Positions 1 to 11,400 of a stretch of DNA of 64,000 nucleotides are shown piece by piece. The position numbers and the translations under genes were made by a program. Below the pieces are notes generated by a model that ran no database searches, was not told the origin of the DNA, and worked only from the letters and a program-made list of their open reading frames with translations. The stretch comes from an uncultured Pseudomonadota bacterium (GTDB taxonomy: Bacteria; Oederibacteriota; Muellerivitia; Muellerivitales; Muellerivitaceae), in the NCBI GenBank assembly GCA_963770835.1, contig CAVYRH010000002.1, positions 32,001 through 96,000 of the forward strand, read 5' to 3'. Each line of letters opens with the position of its first letter. The first letter of the stretch is position 1.

Positions 1-662
1 AAATTCAATTTGCTCTCGCCCACATGCCGGTTCACAAAAATGATGGGAATTTCCATCACCTTCGCCCCCGCCCTTAAAGCCCTAAAGAGGATCTCCACTT
101 GGAAGGAATAGCCCTTGGCAAAAATATTTTTCATTCCAATTTTCCGGAGCAACTCCGCGCGATAGCATTTGAATCCCCCCGAGCAATCCGCTTGGTTCAG
201 GCCAAGGAACCAGCGGCAATAAAGGTTGGCAAGCTGGCTGATCAGGAACCTCCTTGCGTTCCAATTCACCATGCCGCCATCCTTCACATAGCGGGAGCCG
301 ATCACTAGGTCATATTGGCGGATTAAACCCAACATTTTGGGTAGGTTTGACGGATCATGGGATAAGTCGGCGTCCATAGCGATGACGTTTTGATAGCCCT
401 TTTTCAGAGCATATTCCATACCTTGCACATAGGCCGACCCCAAACCCATCTTTCCCTTGCGATGAAGCACGAAAACCCGCTTGTCCTTCTTCGCCATGGC
501 ATCCGCTATCTGGCCGGTGCCATCGGGAGAATTATCGTCCACAATTAATAAGTGGCAGGACTTGGCGGCCTTGAATATCTTACGGTAAACCATTTCGATA
601 TTTCCCTTCTCGTTATAAGTCGGGACGACGATGATGGTTTTTCCCCTGCCAGTAGGTTTCAT
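1..662 (-). CDS. Polyprenol-monophosphomannose synthase-like GT2 (DPM1/Ppm1 family); runs off the left edge; two apparent 1-nt insertions
   Basis: Manual translation from ATG at 662 (RBS AAGGA): MKPTGRGKTIIVVPTYNEKGNIE.. LIVDDNSPDGTG.. HRKGKMGLGSAY.. MDADLSHDP.. DLVIGSRYVKDGG.. DCSGGFKCYR.. GYSFQVE.. EIPIIFVNRHVGESK. Frame breaks near 594 and 416, so it is absent from the ORF track. Confidence 0.88.
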   Translation of the reverse strand, partial: MKPTGRGKTIIVVPTYNEKGNIEMVYRKIFKAAKSCHLLIVDDNSPDGTGQIADAMAKKDKRVFVLHRKGKMGLGSAYVQGMEYALKKGYQNVIAMDADLSHDPSNLPKMLGLIRQYDLVIGSRYVKDGGMVNWNARRFLISQLANLYCRWFLGLNQADCSGGFKCYRAELLRKIGMKNIFAKGYSFQVEILFRALRAGAKVMEIPIIFVNRHVGESKLN

Positions 663-728
663 GGAATCCTTTGAGAAATAAACTGGGGAACATCAGGTGG
701 TCTTAAAAAATTAAACAGATTTTGAAGG

Positions 729-1736
729 TCATTTCGTGGCCGGCATCGCGGGAACGGTAAACCGGGCAATTTTCCCAAGCCCTTTTTCGACCACGTAAAT
801 TCGGTTTTGGGTATCAATTGCAACTCCGGCCGCCCTCGAAAACCCATCCCCGTCTTTTTTAGGATCCTTGTTGTTTTTACGGCAAATGGCGATGAGCTGT
901 CCCTTCGGGTCCAATTTCAAGACCGCGTTTTGGCTTGAATTGCTGGCGTAAAGAAAACCCTGACCAAAAGCCAAATATGGCACTTCATCATTTTTGCCCC
1001 GCCAAGTCGCGATTTTAATTGCGGCAATGAACTTCCCATTGGAATCGAATTTTTGAACCCGAAGATTGTCCGAGTCGGCGACATAGATGTTCCCCTGCGG
1101 GTCGGCTGTAATGCCGACCGGCTCGCGGAATTTCCCATCTCCCGTGCCCATGCCGCCCCACTCCCGGATGAAATTACCTTCGGCATCAAACTCTTGGATT
1201 TTATGATTCCCGGTATCTGAGACGTAAAACTGATTGTTGAAACCGACAATCGACCGGGGCCCAAAAAAACCGTGGGTCCATGCTTTCAAAAAATTTCCTT
1301 CGGGATCGAATTTCTGGATACGATGATTGAAGGTGTCACAAACGTAAATGTCGCCTTGTGCATCGATAAACAGTCCGCTAGGTTGCTCAAATTCCCCCTC
1401 ACCCTTTCCTTCTTTACCAATTGATAATAGGAGAGCCCCGTTTGGATCGAACTTTTGCACTCGATGTGCACTGAAATCGCTGACGTAGAAGTTGCCTTGG
1501 GCGTCCATCGCCACATCCTGAGGCTCCTTGAATTGGCCCGGTCCATCACCCGGAGAGCCCCATTCCGCATCCGCAATCACCTGAATGGATTTGGATTCGT
1601 TGATAGCCTTATTGAGGACGCCAACGACCTGGTATAAAAGAATCGTCAAGAAAGCGAATCCAAAAAGAACCAAAAAAATCTTTAGTCCCTTTTTTGCCTT
1701 CTTTTTTATGACCGGTCTCTTTTTTAACTTCGGCAT
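729..1736 (-). CDS. Membrane-anchored NHL-repeat (6-bladed beta-propeller) protein
   Basis: Basic N-tail, one TM helix, then repeated G-x-G-x-G-x-F-x-x-P..D..GNIYVAD..NHRIQKF units. Confidence 0.9.
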   Translation of the reverse strand: MPKLKKRPVIKKKAKKGLKIFLVLFGFAFLTILLYQVVGVLNKAINESKSIQVIADAEWGSPGDGPGQFKEPQDVAMDAQGNFYVSDFSAHRVQKFDPNGALLLSIGKEGKGEGEFEQPSGLFIDAQGDIYVCDTFNHRIQKFDPEGNFLKAWTHGFFGPRSIVGFNNQFYVSDTGNHKIQEFDAEGNFIREWGGMGTGDGKFREPVGITADPQGNIYVADSDNLRVQKFDSNGKFIAAIKIATWRGKNDEVPYLAFGQGFLYASNSSQNAVLKLDPKGQLIAICRKNNKDPKKDGDGFSRAAGVAIDTQNRIYVVEKGLGKIARFTVPAMPATK

Positions 1737-1774
1737 CCTGCCTCCTTAAATCCATCCTCGTTTGTTAATCAAAT

Positions 1775-2836
1775 TTAATGGGTAACGCCTGATTGGAAAT
1801 CCGACTGCCCTTTAACTTTAAGAATTTTACCGGCGGCGGCATCCACTACATATAGGTCTCCCTCTTTATCCACCGCCACGCCGATGGGTACCATGAACAT
1901 GGGTGCGCCGGTGGTGTTCGTAGCAAGGGTGCTAACCAATGTTCCATCCAACTTATAGCAATACACAGCTTTCCCGCGCCCATCGGAAGCGTAAATCAAT
2001 CCACGGGCTTGGTCCAGGGCTAGGTGGGGTTCCATGTCGATTTGTTCCGGCGACCACCCCTTGACTTTCCATTGACGGACAAATTGCCCTTCCGGACTAA
2101 ACACCTGGATGCGAAAATTCAAGCGATCCGCCACATAGAGATTACCGGCTTGGTCCAAGGCCAATCCAATGGGCTCGTTAAATTGCCCTTCCTTGTCTCC
2201 TTTCGTGCCCCAAGCCAAGACCTTTTTTCCGTTTTTATCGAATTTAACAATCCTATGTTTCCCGGTATCGGCAACATAGGAAACCCCCGTAGGGTCCACT
2301 GCGATTTCCCGTGGTCCAAAAAAGCCGTCGTCAGTCGTATAGGCGAATTTGATCCTTCCCTTGGAACTAAAAACTTGAATGCGACTGTTCCAGGTATCAA
2401 TCACGTAAACATTGTCGTAAGGGCCTATGGCAACACCGTTGGGCTCATGCAGCTTTCCAAGTGCCTCGGTCGTAAGTTTTTTCGCGTCCCCTCCGGCGGC
2501 CTTTGCCGCATCATAAAGCCCCCCGAATTCCGTAAGGTATTGCCAGTCGGACCCCCTGAATTTCTGGATGCGGTTGTTGCGGCTGTCGGCCACGTAGAAG
2601 TCGCCCTTGCTATCCACCGCGATTCCACGGGGATAGGCGAACTGTCCCGATCCCGCACCCGGCTGGCCTCCCTGCATCAATACTAACCCTTGTCCCGGGA
2701 CCCCAATTTTAGGCTTGGGCTTGTTCCCCAGCATGTACCAAATAAGTGTCACAAACACCAAACCTAAAATAACGACGCCGGCAATTTCCTTGGGAGTCAC
2801 TTCACGTTCGCCGATTTTCAACATATCTTCCTCCAT
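1775..2836 (-). CDS. Membrane-anchored NHL-repeat protein, paralog of 729..1736
   Basis: N-terminal TM; repeats such as GQFAYPRGIAVDSKGDFYVADSRNNRIQKF and GQFNEPIGLALDQAGNLYVAD. Confidence 0.9.
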   Translation of the reverse strand: MEEDMLKIGEREVTPKEIAGVVILGLVFVTLIWYMLGNKPKPKIGVPGQGLVLMQGGQPGAGSGQFAYPRGIAVDSKGDFYVADSRNNRIQKFRGSDWQYLTEFGGLYDAAKAAGGDAKKLTTEALGKLHEPNGVAIGPYDNVYVIDTWNSRIQVFSSKGRIKFAYTTDDGFFGPREIAVDPTGVSYVADTGKHRIVKFDKNGKKVLAWGTKGDKEGQFNEPIGLALDQAGNLYVADRLNFRIQVFSPEGQFVRQWKVKGWSPEQIDMEPHLALDQARGLIYASDGRGKAVYCYKLDGTLVSTLATNTTGAPMFMVPIGVAVDKEGDLYVVDAAAGKILKVKGQSDFQSGVTH

Positions 2837-2894
2837 CTAATGAATTTTCGGACTCGACCTAAGCCCGACGCCGTGCGTTTGAACGACGAAAGGC

Positions 2895-5408
2895 TTACGG
2901 GTTTATCTTATAAAGAACGGAATTCCCAAATTGCTGGGCAATAGTGCCTAAATTAGAAAATTTGGCCAAAATTTCCAAGTGATCTTTGTACTTTTCGCGC
3001 TCAATATCCCCGACATAGACATAATCCACCGCATATCTTTTGAGAAGGTCCCTGGTCTGGTTGAGGTCCGGCGATGTATAAATGGAGTCGACATCCGATC
3101 GGCGACGGAAAACGGTATCGTCCGGGTCCTGGCCGCGTACCACCGCTTGATCCCAGGAGCCCCGCCATTGGGCCTCGTGGAAATCCCATCCTAAAACGGT
3201 AGGGTAGCCGGTAACAGTGGCAATCCTCGCGTATTGTTGCTGATAAGAGCCGCCCCAAGCTTCCAAGATCACCGGCACTTTTCCCCCCAGGGGTTTGATG
3301 TTTTGTTTGATCCAAATCGCAGCCTGGTAATCCACGGGATAAGTGTGTTCGTAATAAGTTTCCCCGTTCATGGTGGCCATATCTGGGGAGGAACCCCGCA
3401 TTCGAGCCGTAAAAGTGAGAATGGGATAGAAGGCGGCCCCCACAAAAGCAAAAATCGCCGCTCCCAACCAAATTGCCCTTTTCCAGGAAACCCACCGGGG
3501 CCATTGGTTTTCCATCAGCCATTTCAGCAAGGGCCCGGCGGCCAGACTGAGCAAAATCCAAACTTGATAATGAAACTTGAAAACGGTGTTCATACGGTAA
3601 AGGGCGCTATCGGAAAAATGATCCTTGATGAAAAGAACCTCGCAACCAAAAATCAAAAAAAACGCGATCATAACCATCATCATCGTAAAAACCATTTCTT
3701 TCGTTTCGGCTTTCGAGGCCAAAGCAATAATGCAAAAGAGGGAAATTAGGAGTCCCAACAGAATTGTCGACAGGGTTAGGGGGGCGAAATTCACTCCCAG
3801 TAAAAAGAGCACGATAATTCCAAGAGCCAACCATCCCCGATTGGAATCTGATTCGAGGAAAAACAACGAACCTGCTTTTTGGAGGACATCCCGTGTTTCA
3901 TCGTCCGGCAAAGGGGTCACTTCCGATTGGGCTGACAAGGCTAGTTCACCCCCGCAATAGCCACAAAACTTCTTTCCGACCCCCTCCCTGCCGCAAACCA
4001 CGCATTCCAATTCCTCGGAACGCTTGGGTTTAGGCTTCTGTGCTTTATCGCTTTTGGAGCCCAAGGCTTTACCGATAACCGCTGGGATTTCCAGGATGAA
4101 AAACAATCCGAAAATGACGACAAGATAATAAAGGTCCGTGCGGTCCTTGACGATTCCAAGGCCTTTCGCTTGGGATTGGAACTTCAAGTAAAAAGGGAGA
4201 TAAAGCAAAAAGGCGGCAATCACGATGGGGACGCCAACCAACACGACCGATTTCGCCCAAACCATGAAGTTTTTCTCGTTGGTCCACCATTGCTGCAGGA
4301 ACAGGCAAACGCCCAGGAGAAACATGAAGGTCGGGAAATCCCAACTATTCATGAAGGACAATGCACCGAAAACCAGGGCCACCAGCCCCCATTGCAGGAA
4401 CTGCCAGGACCTCTGTCCGCCGAAGAGGCTCAAGCCCGGCAGAGGAGCCTTGAGCAGGTTGTAGGCCGTGGCAATGGCAAGGAGCACAAAAGGAATCGCC
4501 ATGACATGGGGGTGCAAATCCGACAGGAAAAAACTAAAAGACGGAAACTCGTTGATGAGCTTGTCGGTGGGCGGGACTGGCACAATACGGGAAGCCTGAA
4601 AATAGTCCCAATTATGCTGCAAAGGGCTGAATAGAAATCCAAAGAAGGCCGAAACGCCCGTTTCAATCCCTGGATTGTTGGGGAAATTATAATAAGGGAT
4701 CCGCAAGTCCCCAACTTGGAAGCTTTGAATGGCCCGGTGCCAATAGTCCATATTTCCAAAAAGAACCAAGCAGGCTGTCGAAAGAAGAGAGTACCGGTAT
4801 CGGCGGGTCAGGGCATAGGCGATCGAAAAGGTACAAATGGCGGCTAGGGCCCAAAACAGGGCCACAGCCAGGTTATATCCTTCCCCCGAAGAAACGAAAG
4901 TAATCTTGCAAAGCATTGCAACGATGAAATAGCCAAAATAGTAATAGGAAATACTTCCCCCCGAAAGCCAGGGGTCCTGAGGCGGCATGGAAGGTGAAGC
5001 CAAGATGCCGTTGATCATGGCGAAGTCCATGGGTTTCTCCGTACCGGCAATCTCGTAGGTTCTCATTTTGTAGGCGCCTGCGACCAAAAGTGCCATCAAG
5101 AAAAAACACTCAATCAACAAAAAGAAGCCGATATTCTTGAAGAAAAATTCCTTAAAGGGCCGGCCGATCCAAGTCAAAAGAAGAGTGGCCGACAGTGCCG
5201 CTACCAAAATAAAGGAAAACAAAATGGTGCCGCCGCTGAAGGAAAAATATCCCAGGATCCAAGAAATATAGCCCACCAACAACAAGGCCAAAACCTTGCT
5301 GAAAACATACCCCTTGTCAGGCAAATGTTTCAGGGCCACGAAGGCAATGGGATAAGTCACCAGCCCCATCACCAACACCGCCAAGTACCAAATCAAAAGG
5401 GAAAACAT
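2895..5408 (-). CDS. DUF2298 (Chlor_Arch_YYY-type) polytopic membrane protein, putative GT-C glycosyltransferase, with an internal zinc ribbon
   Basis: Motifs GTEKPMDF..PPQDPWLSGGSISYYYFG, INEFPSFSFFLSDLHPH, YRMNTVFKF, TVLGWDFHEAQWRG; many TM segments; CxxC..CxxC loop. Confidence 0.88.
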   Translation of the reverse strand: MFSLLIWYLAVLVMGLVTYPIAFVALKHLPDKGYVFSKVLALLLVGYISWILGYFSFSGGTILFSFILVAALSATLLLTWIGRPFKEFFFKNIGFFLLIECFFLMALLVAGAYKMRTYEIAGTEKPMDFAMINGILASPSMPPQDPWLSGGSISYYYFGYFIVAMLCKITFVSSGEGYNLAVALFWALAAICTFSIAYALTRRYRYSLLSTACLVLFGNMDYWHRAIQSFQVGDLRIPYYNFPNNPGIETGVSAFFGFLFSPLQHNWDYFQASRIVPVPPTDKLINEFPSFSFFLSDLHPHVMAIPFVLLAIATAYNLLKAPLPGLSLFGGQRSWQFLQWGLVALVFGALSFMNSWDFPTFMFLLGVCLFLQQWWTNEKNFMVWAKSVVLVGVPIVIAAFLLYLPFYLKFQSQAKGLGIVKDRTDLYYLVVIFGLFFILEIPAVIGKALGSKSDKAQKPKPKRSEELECVVCGREGVGKKFCGYCGGELALSAQSEVTPLPDDETRDVLQKAGSLFFLESDSNRGWLALGIIVLFLLGVNFAPLTLSTILLGLLISLFCIIALASKAETKEMVFTMMMVMIAFFLIFGCEVLFIKDHFSDSALYRMNTVFKFHYQVWILLSLAAGPLLKWLMENQWPRWVSWKRAIWLGAAIFAFVGAAFYPILTFTARMRGSSPDMATMNGETYYEHTYPVDYQAAIWIKQNIKPLGGKVPVILEAWGGSYQQQYARIATVTGYPTVLGWDFHEAQWRGSWDQAVVRGQDPDDTVFRRRSDVDSIYTSPDLNQTRDLLKRYAVDYVYVGDIEREKYKDHLEILAKFSNLGTIAQQFGNSVLYKINP

Positions 5409-5429
5409 TTCGTCTCCAAAAGGGGATTT

Positions 5430-8400
5430 TTAGTTCTGCGCCGAAGGTGGATTATAGTAAATTTCGACCTGGGGATTCTTGTAAATCAGTGGTAAAAAGC
5501 TCGAGAACTTGGCTAATCCTTCGGCGGGATAGCCGCCTTTTCGCCCTGGCACGCCATATCTTTCCACTGCCCCTACCATCACCAGCCGTACGCCATAGGC
5601 ATCCAACATTTTTTTCACCAACTCGCTATCCGTCGACTTGAATATCTGGTCAGTCGCCAGAAATCTCTGACTGATATCGGCGTCCATCCCGGGCCGCCCC
5701 GTCAACCATTCCCGGACGTGGCCATCCCAACCCATCAGAGCAGGAATTCCGGTGAAAATGGAATACCTCGAACCCCAGGAATTATAGCCTTCCCCAACGA
5801 ACTCCAACAGGCAAGGCTGGTCTGGAATATGGTTATTCAGGAAACGAATGGCTGCCGCATCGTAGGGGCTTTCCCGGGGGATATAAGCCAACCCGTCCAA
5901 AGTTAAATTTTCGGTGTAGCCCACCCATTGTTTTCGGAAAACATCCAAAAAGCCGTGACACTTGCGGATCGTAGCGGCGTAAGGATAAACGCAAACCATT
6001 ATCGCGAACATCAACAACAAAGCCCGCCAGCTATTAAAAACCATCAATTGGCCAATATCCCTTTTCCCCTCCCAAAGCAAATAAAGCCCACCCAACACGG
6101 CAGCCGACAAAAGCGCCGGAAATAAAATTCCCGAATCAAAGTCCGAAACCCACCTTTGCGCTAGCCCTAAAACCGTCCCATAAGAAAATTGTGAAAACAG
6201 CGGCAGGAGTGAGAAAAGGCCTAGAATCCCACCCACTATCCCGATTGAGATTTTTAAAACTTGGTTCTTTACCCAGTCCTCCACCCAACACCATCCCACG
6301 AACCCAGCCACTAGAACCAAGTCCAAGACATAAACGATGGGGATTTCCATGGAGGGCAGGAAACTATCCAACAGACTTCGAAACAGCACAAACAAGATCG
6401 CCGTTGAAACCCCAATCAAAACAACCCTGGCGGAACGGACTTCTTTTTTAACTGTTTTTAAAAGAAACGCGAAAGAATCAAAAATCCTTGGCACAAAAAC
6501 ACCCACCATAATCGAAGCCAATTCCCAAGCGTTGATGCCAAATTTAAAAAGAGAGTTATTCCGCAGGTAATCGCCCCCCAGGTATTCCTTCATCACGAAA
6601 ATTTCCAAAGTGGCGACGATGAAAAAGAAAAGTGAAACTAACAAATACGAATAGGAAAGTTTCCGATCTTTGAAAACTTTGAGCACCATTCCCAGGTATA
6701 GGAAAGCTGATAACCAAAGGATTGAAAAAAGGCCGAGCCCCAGGGTCAGGGGCGCGTCCTGGTAGAGATGGAAAACACGCAAAATCAAAGCTGTCACCCA
6801 AAGGAGACCGATCGACAAGACCGCAAGCCAAAATCCCCAAACAGTCCTGAAAACAATGGCAAGGGCCAGTACAATCGCCGCCGGAGTCGCGATCATAAGG
6901 GAGAAATAGGCTTTATCGACCGGGTCCGTCCAGTGGACCCAAGAAGCGCCCCAAATCACCGTCATAGTCACAATCCCGAAGAAAAGCACGCCAGAAATTG
7001 GATGTTGCGGAGAAATAAAGCGTTCTAAAAAACCAGTGAATTTGTCCAAAATTAGGTCGAAATTCAATCGCCCCTTTGCGGGCCTCCCAAGCCAGTCCAC
7101 GAGTTCTTTATGGCTGCCAACTACAAAACTTAATCCCAGGACCGTTACGAACAGACCATAAATACCGAAAAAATCGCCCAGGGAAGTCCGTAAGCTTGGA
7201 GTCACCCACAAAACCTCGCTTTGCTGGGGGACGAAAGAAGAAAAAAACGGGCACCAAGTTACTAACATCACCAGTAAAATTCCCGCGAGGGCCAATCCCA
7301 CAGCCGTCAAATGTTTCGCGAACCCCTTCGTGGCTTTTCGCACAAATAAAACGATGATGCCCGCCCCCAATGCCAGAAGAACAAAGCTAACCAAAAGATA
7401 TTTGCTTCCCCCTAAGTTTTGATAGTCAAAACCTCGAAGAACGGTTGCCACCCAACCCAGCAGTGTCAATGATAAGATTAGAATCCCGAGAATCATCCCA
7501 AAGCCTTTTTGCAATACTTTCATCTGTAAGCCCACCACGCTCCGCAGCAAAAGTGCAAGTCCGGCAAGGATTAGCCAGGTTGGGACTTCCCAGGTATTAA
7601 GAAAAGCAATGCCACCCAATAAAAACCCAGTTGTCAAAAGTTTCGGCCAATCCTTGGACCAATCAAAAGGCTTGGCGTTTTCAGATAAATAATAGGAGCC
7701 CAAAACCGCTATCAGCAAAAGGGCAAAGGGCATGGCCAGGGTATGGGCATGCATATCCCCATAAAGCACACTGAAATAAGGAAATTCATTGATAGAGTTG
7801 GGGATCACCCTCGTCGGCCCCCAATAATCGTAAACATGCCCCAATAAGGGCCCCAAGTTGCCCGAGACAAAACATTGGTGAATGGCATCCAGGTATTGCC
7901 GGGCGCCCGCCGGATTACCGGCTGCAGCGCATAAAAGGCCCGCAATCCAGCCGCTGGTGAGTCTTCCCGATAATCCGAAAGCCACCCCGAAGGCGCCGGA
8001 GAAGATCAGGGCGAAAAGTGTGACAAGAGCAAGGTTATACGTCACTGCGGGAACCAAACCCAAAAATTTTGTGAGGATGCCCATCATCAGGTGGCCGTAA
8101 TAAAAGGTATAGCCGATGGGTTGGCCCGCCATCCACATATTCTGTGGCGGAAAGGTTTCCCCCCGGACCACCGAGGCTAAGAAACCAAAATCCATTCCCG
8201 CTTCCCCGCCGCCGTTGTACCCTTCACCGCCTGGGTCGTGGATATGAGGGATGTACATTTTCACCAAGGTAAAAAGGAGGAACATCGAGGCAAAAGCACC
8301 TTCCTGGATCATCCAAACTTTCGACCACTTGGCATAAGCGGTCTTAATCGTCGATTGGTCATGCCAATATCCGAATAGGGAGAGGGCTGCCAATAAAAGA

Positions 8401-11400
8401 AACCAAACCCAACAGGAGGCAAAGGTAAAATGGCAGATTTTGAGGCTCGTCGAAAACCAAACCACCCAGGCGAAGATAAAGAAGCCAAGAATTTTACTTA
8501 AGGAATAAGCACCGGAAGGCAAAGACGATAAAATCCTCAGGGTCAAGGGAAGGGCCATCCATCCCAGAAGAATCAAGGCGATCACCCAGCTCAACCAAGC
8601 CCGGAGCTGATACCCCAACCCGTCCTCTTTATCCTGGGGAAGATTGGTAACGTCGTTCTCAATCACCGGATTTTTAGCGTAATCTTGGAGAACCTGTAGG
8701 GTTTTAGCATCGGGCGACCCGGGAACTGTCGCCGGGGCTTGAACCTTTATTTCAGGCGTCGGTTGGCTTGCCGGTACGGTCGTAGGTTCCGTGGAGGGCT
8801 TTTTCGCTTTGGGCGGAACAACTGGCGGAGGCTCCTGGACATTGGCAACAGCGGTAACAGTGGAGGCCCCCGGCTCTAATTGGGCCAACAGGCCGTGGTC
8901 TTTCAAATATTGCTGGCGCTCGGCGATGAAGGCGTCCACGTTATTTTCTGTTATGTCGCGCATTTGGTCCCGGGTGATGCCTTTGACGAAATCATCCGTT
9001 TCCAAAAGCTTGAGGATGCGCTCGGGGGAAACATCCTCCACCTTCTTGAACAAATAAACGCGAGGATGATCGTAAACAGAAAAGGATTCTTCCGCCATGT
9101 CGTCGGGGTGCTCCCATCCGAGAAGGGACGGAAAATTGTGAAACTCCTTCACCATCTTGTACCCTAAAAGGCCAGACCAAAGGCACCGGTAATAGCGGGA
9201 AGTTACTGGGTAGATGTTGAACCCGTGGTGACGGAACTCGGGAGTTTCATCCGTAAGCGTGTACCATAGTTTTTTCGAGGAAATGCTGATGTATTCGCCT
9301 TGGGGAAGCAAGTTTGCGTAATAATTTTTCTTAATGGGACTGTCATCCGTCGGAAAGCCGTGCATCTCGTAGGGTGTTATATCCTGGGACTGGTACAAAC
9401 CTGGTGTCATGAGCCGGTCGATACGGGGGTCCTGAGAGGAATTGAGGTCGACGGGCAGGCCATCCCCCCAGGCTTCATTGAAGATTTTTGAACCAAATGG
9501 GATGTTTTTATATATCCAAACCGAAGATTCAATCCAGGGGTGTTGAAAACGGTATACATGCATGTAGGCGATCGAATAGAAAAGACTGGGACCCACCACA
9601 AGAATCCATAACGCCGGCCTTAAAAACCGGCCCAGAGAAAAACTCTTCGCCCATTGAATCAATGCCGTTAGAAACCGAGCCCCGAAAATGCAAAAGATCG
9701 GGATCAAGGGCACCATGTATCTGACGAATTTTGTATTCCAAGCGCCAATGAACCCAAAATAAGGGATGAACCAGACCAAAAGGAGAAGGTCCGGCAAACT
9801 GAATTCGAACCCCTTATCGCGGGTAAAGGGCAAGGGTAGAAGATATCCCTGCTTGACCGGCTTCACGAGGTTTGCCACGAAGCGGATCAAGACCCAAACC
9901 ATTCCCAATACAGCCGCTATCCCAAGGGGCCACCAGAGTTCTACGCTCATCAGGTTTTTCAATTGATAGAGGTAGCGGGGCGTGTCCTTGAACTGCAGAA
10001 CATAGCAAGCGTCTGCGATAGATACCGTGTGCCATTCATAGCTTTGGGAAATCATGAATCCGTTGAAATCCAGGAGGGACCAGGGGGAAAAAAGGCAAAA
10101 AAGGAAAAAAGCCAATCCGCCGGCGCCCATCAATTTAATCCATTGCGGCCCTTGAGCCCGCAAAACCTTGAATTCCATGATTCCCCAAACAAAAAAGACA
10201 ATGCCCAATGTCATCAAGAGAATGAAAAGCGTCAACCAAAGAACTAGAGCGGTCTTTGGATCTGCCGAGAAAAGGTCTTGAAACACACCCCGAAATTTCA
10301 AACCAACGACCACAAAACTGCCCAACATGACTGTTAACAACACCCCGGCAAGGATGGAATAAAGGCCATCGTTTTCGTCTAGTTTCTTTCCGTCTTTTTC
10401 CCAATCCCTTGCCGATTTCCGGGAAAGCAAGACAAGATGGGCGATAAGGATGATGAAAAGGTAATAAAGCGAACTGGTTTTAGCGGCCATGGAAAGGCCA
10501 AAAGCGGCTCCGGCCACCAAATAGCTTTTCCAATCCCCCTTTTGAAGAATTTCCCAAGCGCAGAGTGCAATCACGACAAGCATGAACGTTATGAAGGATT
10601 CGGTGATGCAATAATGTGCCTGTTCAATGCTGACAACAGCGAACGCAAAGGAAGCGGAGGCCAGAAGAGCCATACCGACGTTTTGATAAATGCGCTTCAC
10701 CAAATAATAAACCGCGACGATAGTGGCGGTGGAAAATGCGGCGGCCCAAACCCGGCCGATGGTCATGCAATCTCCATAACCGGCGTATTGTCGTCCCGCA
10801 TGGTCAAAGGAAGCCAGGAATGCCCATAGAGTGAAGAGACCTAAAATCGTCCTTCCCCACCGCGAACTCCAGGCCCACCAGATCGCCAGCCCAACCACCA
10901 ACAGCGCGAACAAGAGAACCCCAAACAGTCGAGTGACCGCGTCTCCCATGAACAAGGGAAAGACGCCGAAAACGAAAGTAGCCCCTGCAGCGGAGTAAAG
11001 CGGGATTTCCGACCATTCCATTTCCAGCTCTTCGGCGATCCAAAGGGACGACCCGAAGGAAACGACGAGTGCCAGGGCAAAAGTGGCGGCTTTCAGGGGA
11101 ATATCGTTGAGTTGGTCGAACCAAATGGAAAAAATCTTGAAAAACTTGAAAAGCAGGAGGCAAGTGAAGAGAAAAGCCGAAGATCCGAAGGAGTAAAGGG
11201 ACCACTTTACCCGAGAGAAAAACCAGGCGGCGGCACCCAATAACGCCGCAAGGAAAAACCAATACAGCCATTGGGACACCCCTTCATTGCCCCTGCAAAG
11301 ATTCCAAAGGAAGGTCGGTGTGGAAAGAAGTTCGCCGGTGGCGCGATAAAGATAAACAGGAAGCTGGCCGTAAGCGAAAAACGTGACCTTATAGCCGGTG

